A stretch of DNA of 64,000 nucleotides, taken from contig JAQGDQ010000652.1 of the NCBI GenBank assembly GCA_030141605.1, positions 1-64,000 on the forward strand, given 5' to 3'. Positions 63,305 to 64,000 of the stretch are shown here, in pieces. Numbering within the stretch: the first letter of the stretch is position 1; each line of letters starts with the position of its first letter. Source of the stretch: Tubiluchus corallicola (Eukaryota > Animalia > Priapulida). Under the pieces are notes generated by a model. That model made no database searches. It was not told the origin of the DNA and saw only the letters and a program-made list of their open reading frames with translations. The translations under genes were made by a program, and so were the position numbers.

Positions 63305-64000
63305 TTACTGTTATAAGAAATTATAAATATATGATGTTGTCTGAAGTTTTAGGAACAAAAGGGAATTAAAATGTTGCTAATGTTACTGGTGGCTGCTTAC
63401 AAAGCCTATGCTAGGCCGGTACTCGAATATTCTACTCTTTTAAAGCACTATTTGCTTTTTTAAATTGTGCAAGTTAATTTTTTTCAAGGCAACAGAAAAA
63501 TCGCCTTACAAAATTATATTATTTTACAGCAATTTTATGCGTATATCGTACTCGCGTTAAAATGAATTTTTGTTTGTTTTCATTTTAAATCTCCCGCAAT
63601 ACTCTTCTGACGGTGCCATTACATGACGTCACCCTACGCACAACGTAAATCAGGGGAAGAAAACGAAATGTTAAATCATGTCCCAAAAAACCTGTCATGC
63701 AAATCTATATTACTTAGCATTTCGCTTAGTAAGACTGTTGGAAAGACTTGTGTAACTAGAAAATGTTCTTGACAATTGATAAAATGTCACTGGACGGTGC
63801 GCCACTCACTAGGCAAAAGCTTATCTTTAATCTTATTGACAAGATACAATAATTTTAAATTTTACTCAGTTAGTAACGTGCGCGCTACGAAAACTCTGAT
63901 AGTTTTTTCAAATGTTATCAAAACTTATTTCAAACGACCTTCCATTAAAATGGCTGCATGTAACGATCATTGCGGGAGTTTAAATTTACACGTTTTATAC

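Overview
AT-rich, repeat-dense animal (probably invertebrate) genomic window, not prokaryotic. It holds two conserved multi-exon genes that point away from each other. SEC63 is on the minus strand (13 coding exons, 19034 to 207, about 507 aa, running off the left edge). An ERM/moesin-like gene is on the plus strand (start exon MPKT at 40854, five coding exons to 60855, continuing past the window). Between them is a minus-strand tandem cluster of intronless two-domain LRR-like, putatively GPI-anchored surface protein genes. One copy is intact (28201-29745), one has a 1-nt frameshift and a long Thr-rich stalk (23962-26045), and one is a decayed remnant (about 20450-20875). Highlights: (1) a 29-copy tandem array of the SEC63 exon-9 branch point, acceptor and exon start, i.e. 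28 decoy 3' splice sites; (2) LRR paralogs whose distal domain differs mainly at predicted concave beta-strand positions while the proximal domain is conserved, a variable/constant receptor-like design; (3) a 5S-rRNA-headed SINE with an RTE-LINE tail; (4) a hAT MITE whose terminus is amplified about 25 times inside its own TSDs. The rest is MITEs (TTAA/Kolobok-like, hAT-like, Tigger-like), LINE fragments and mini/microsatellites. All calls were read by eye; no database searches were run.
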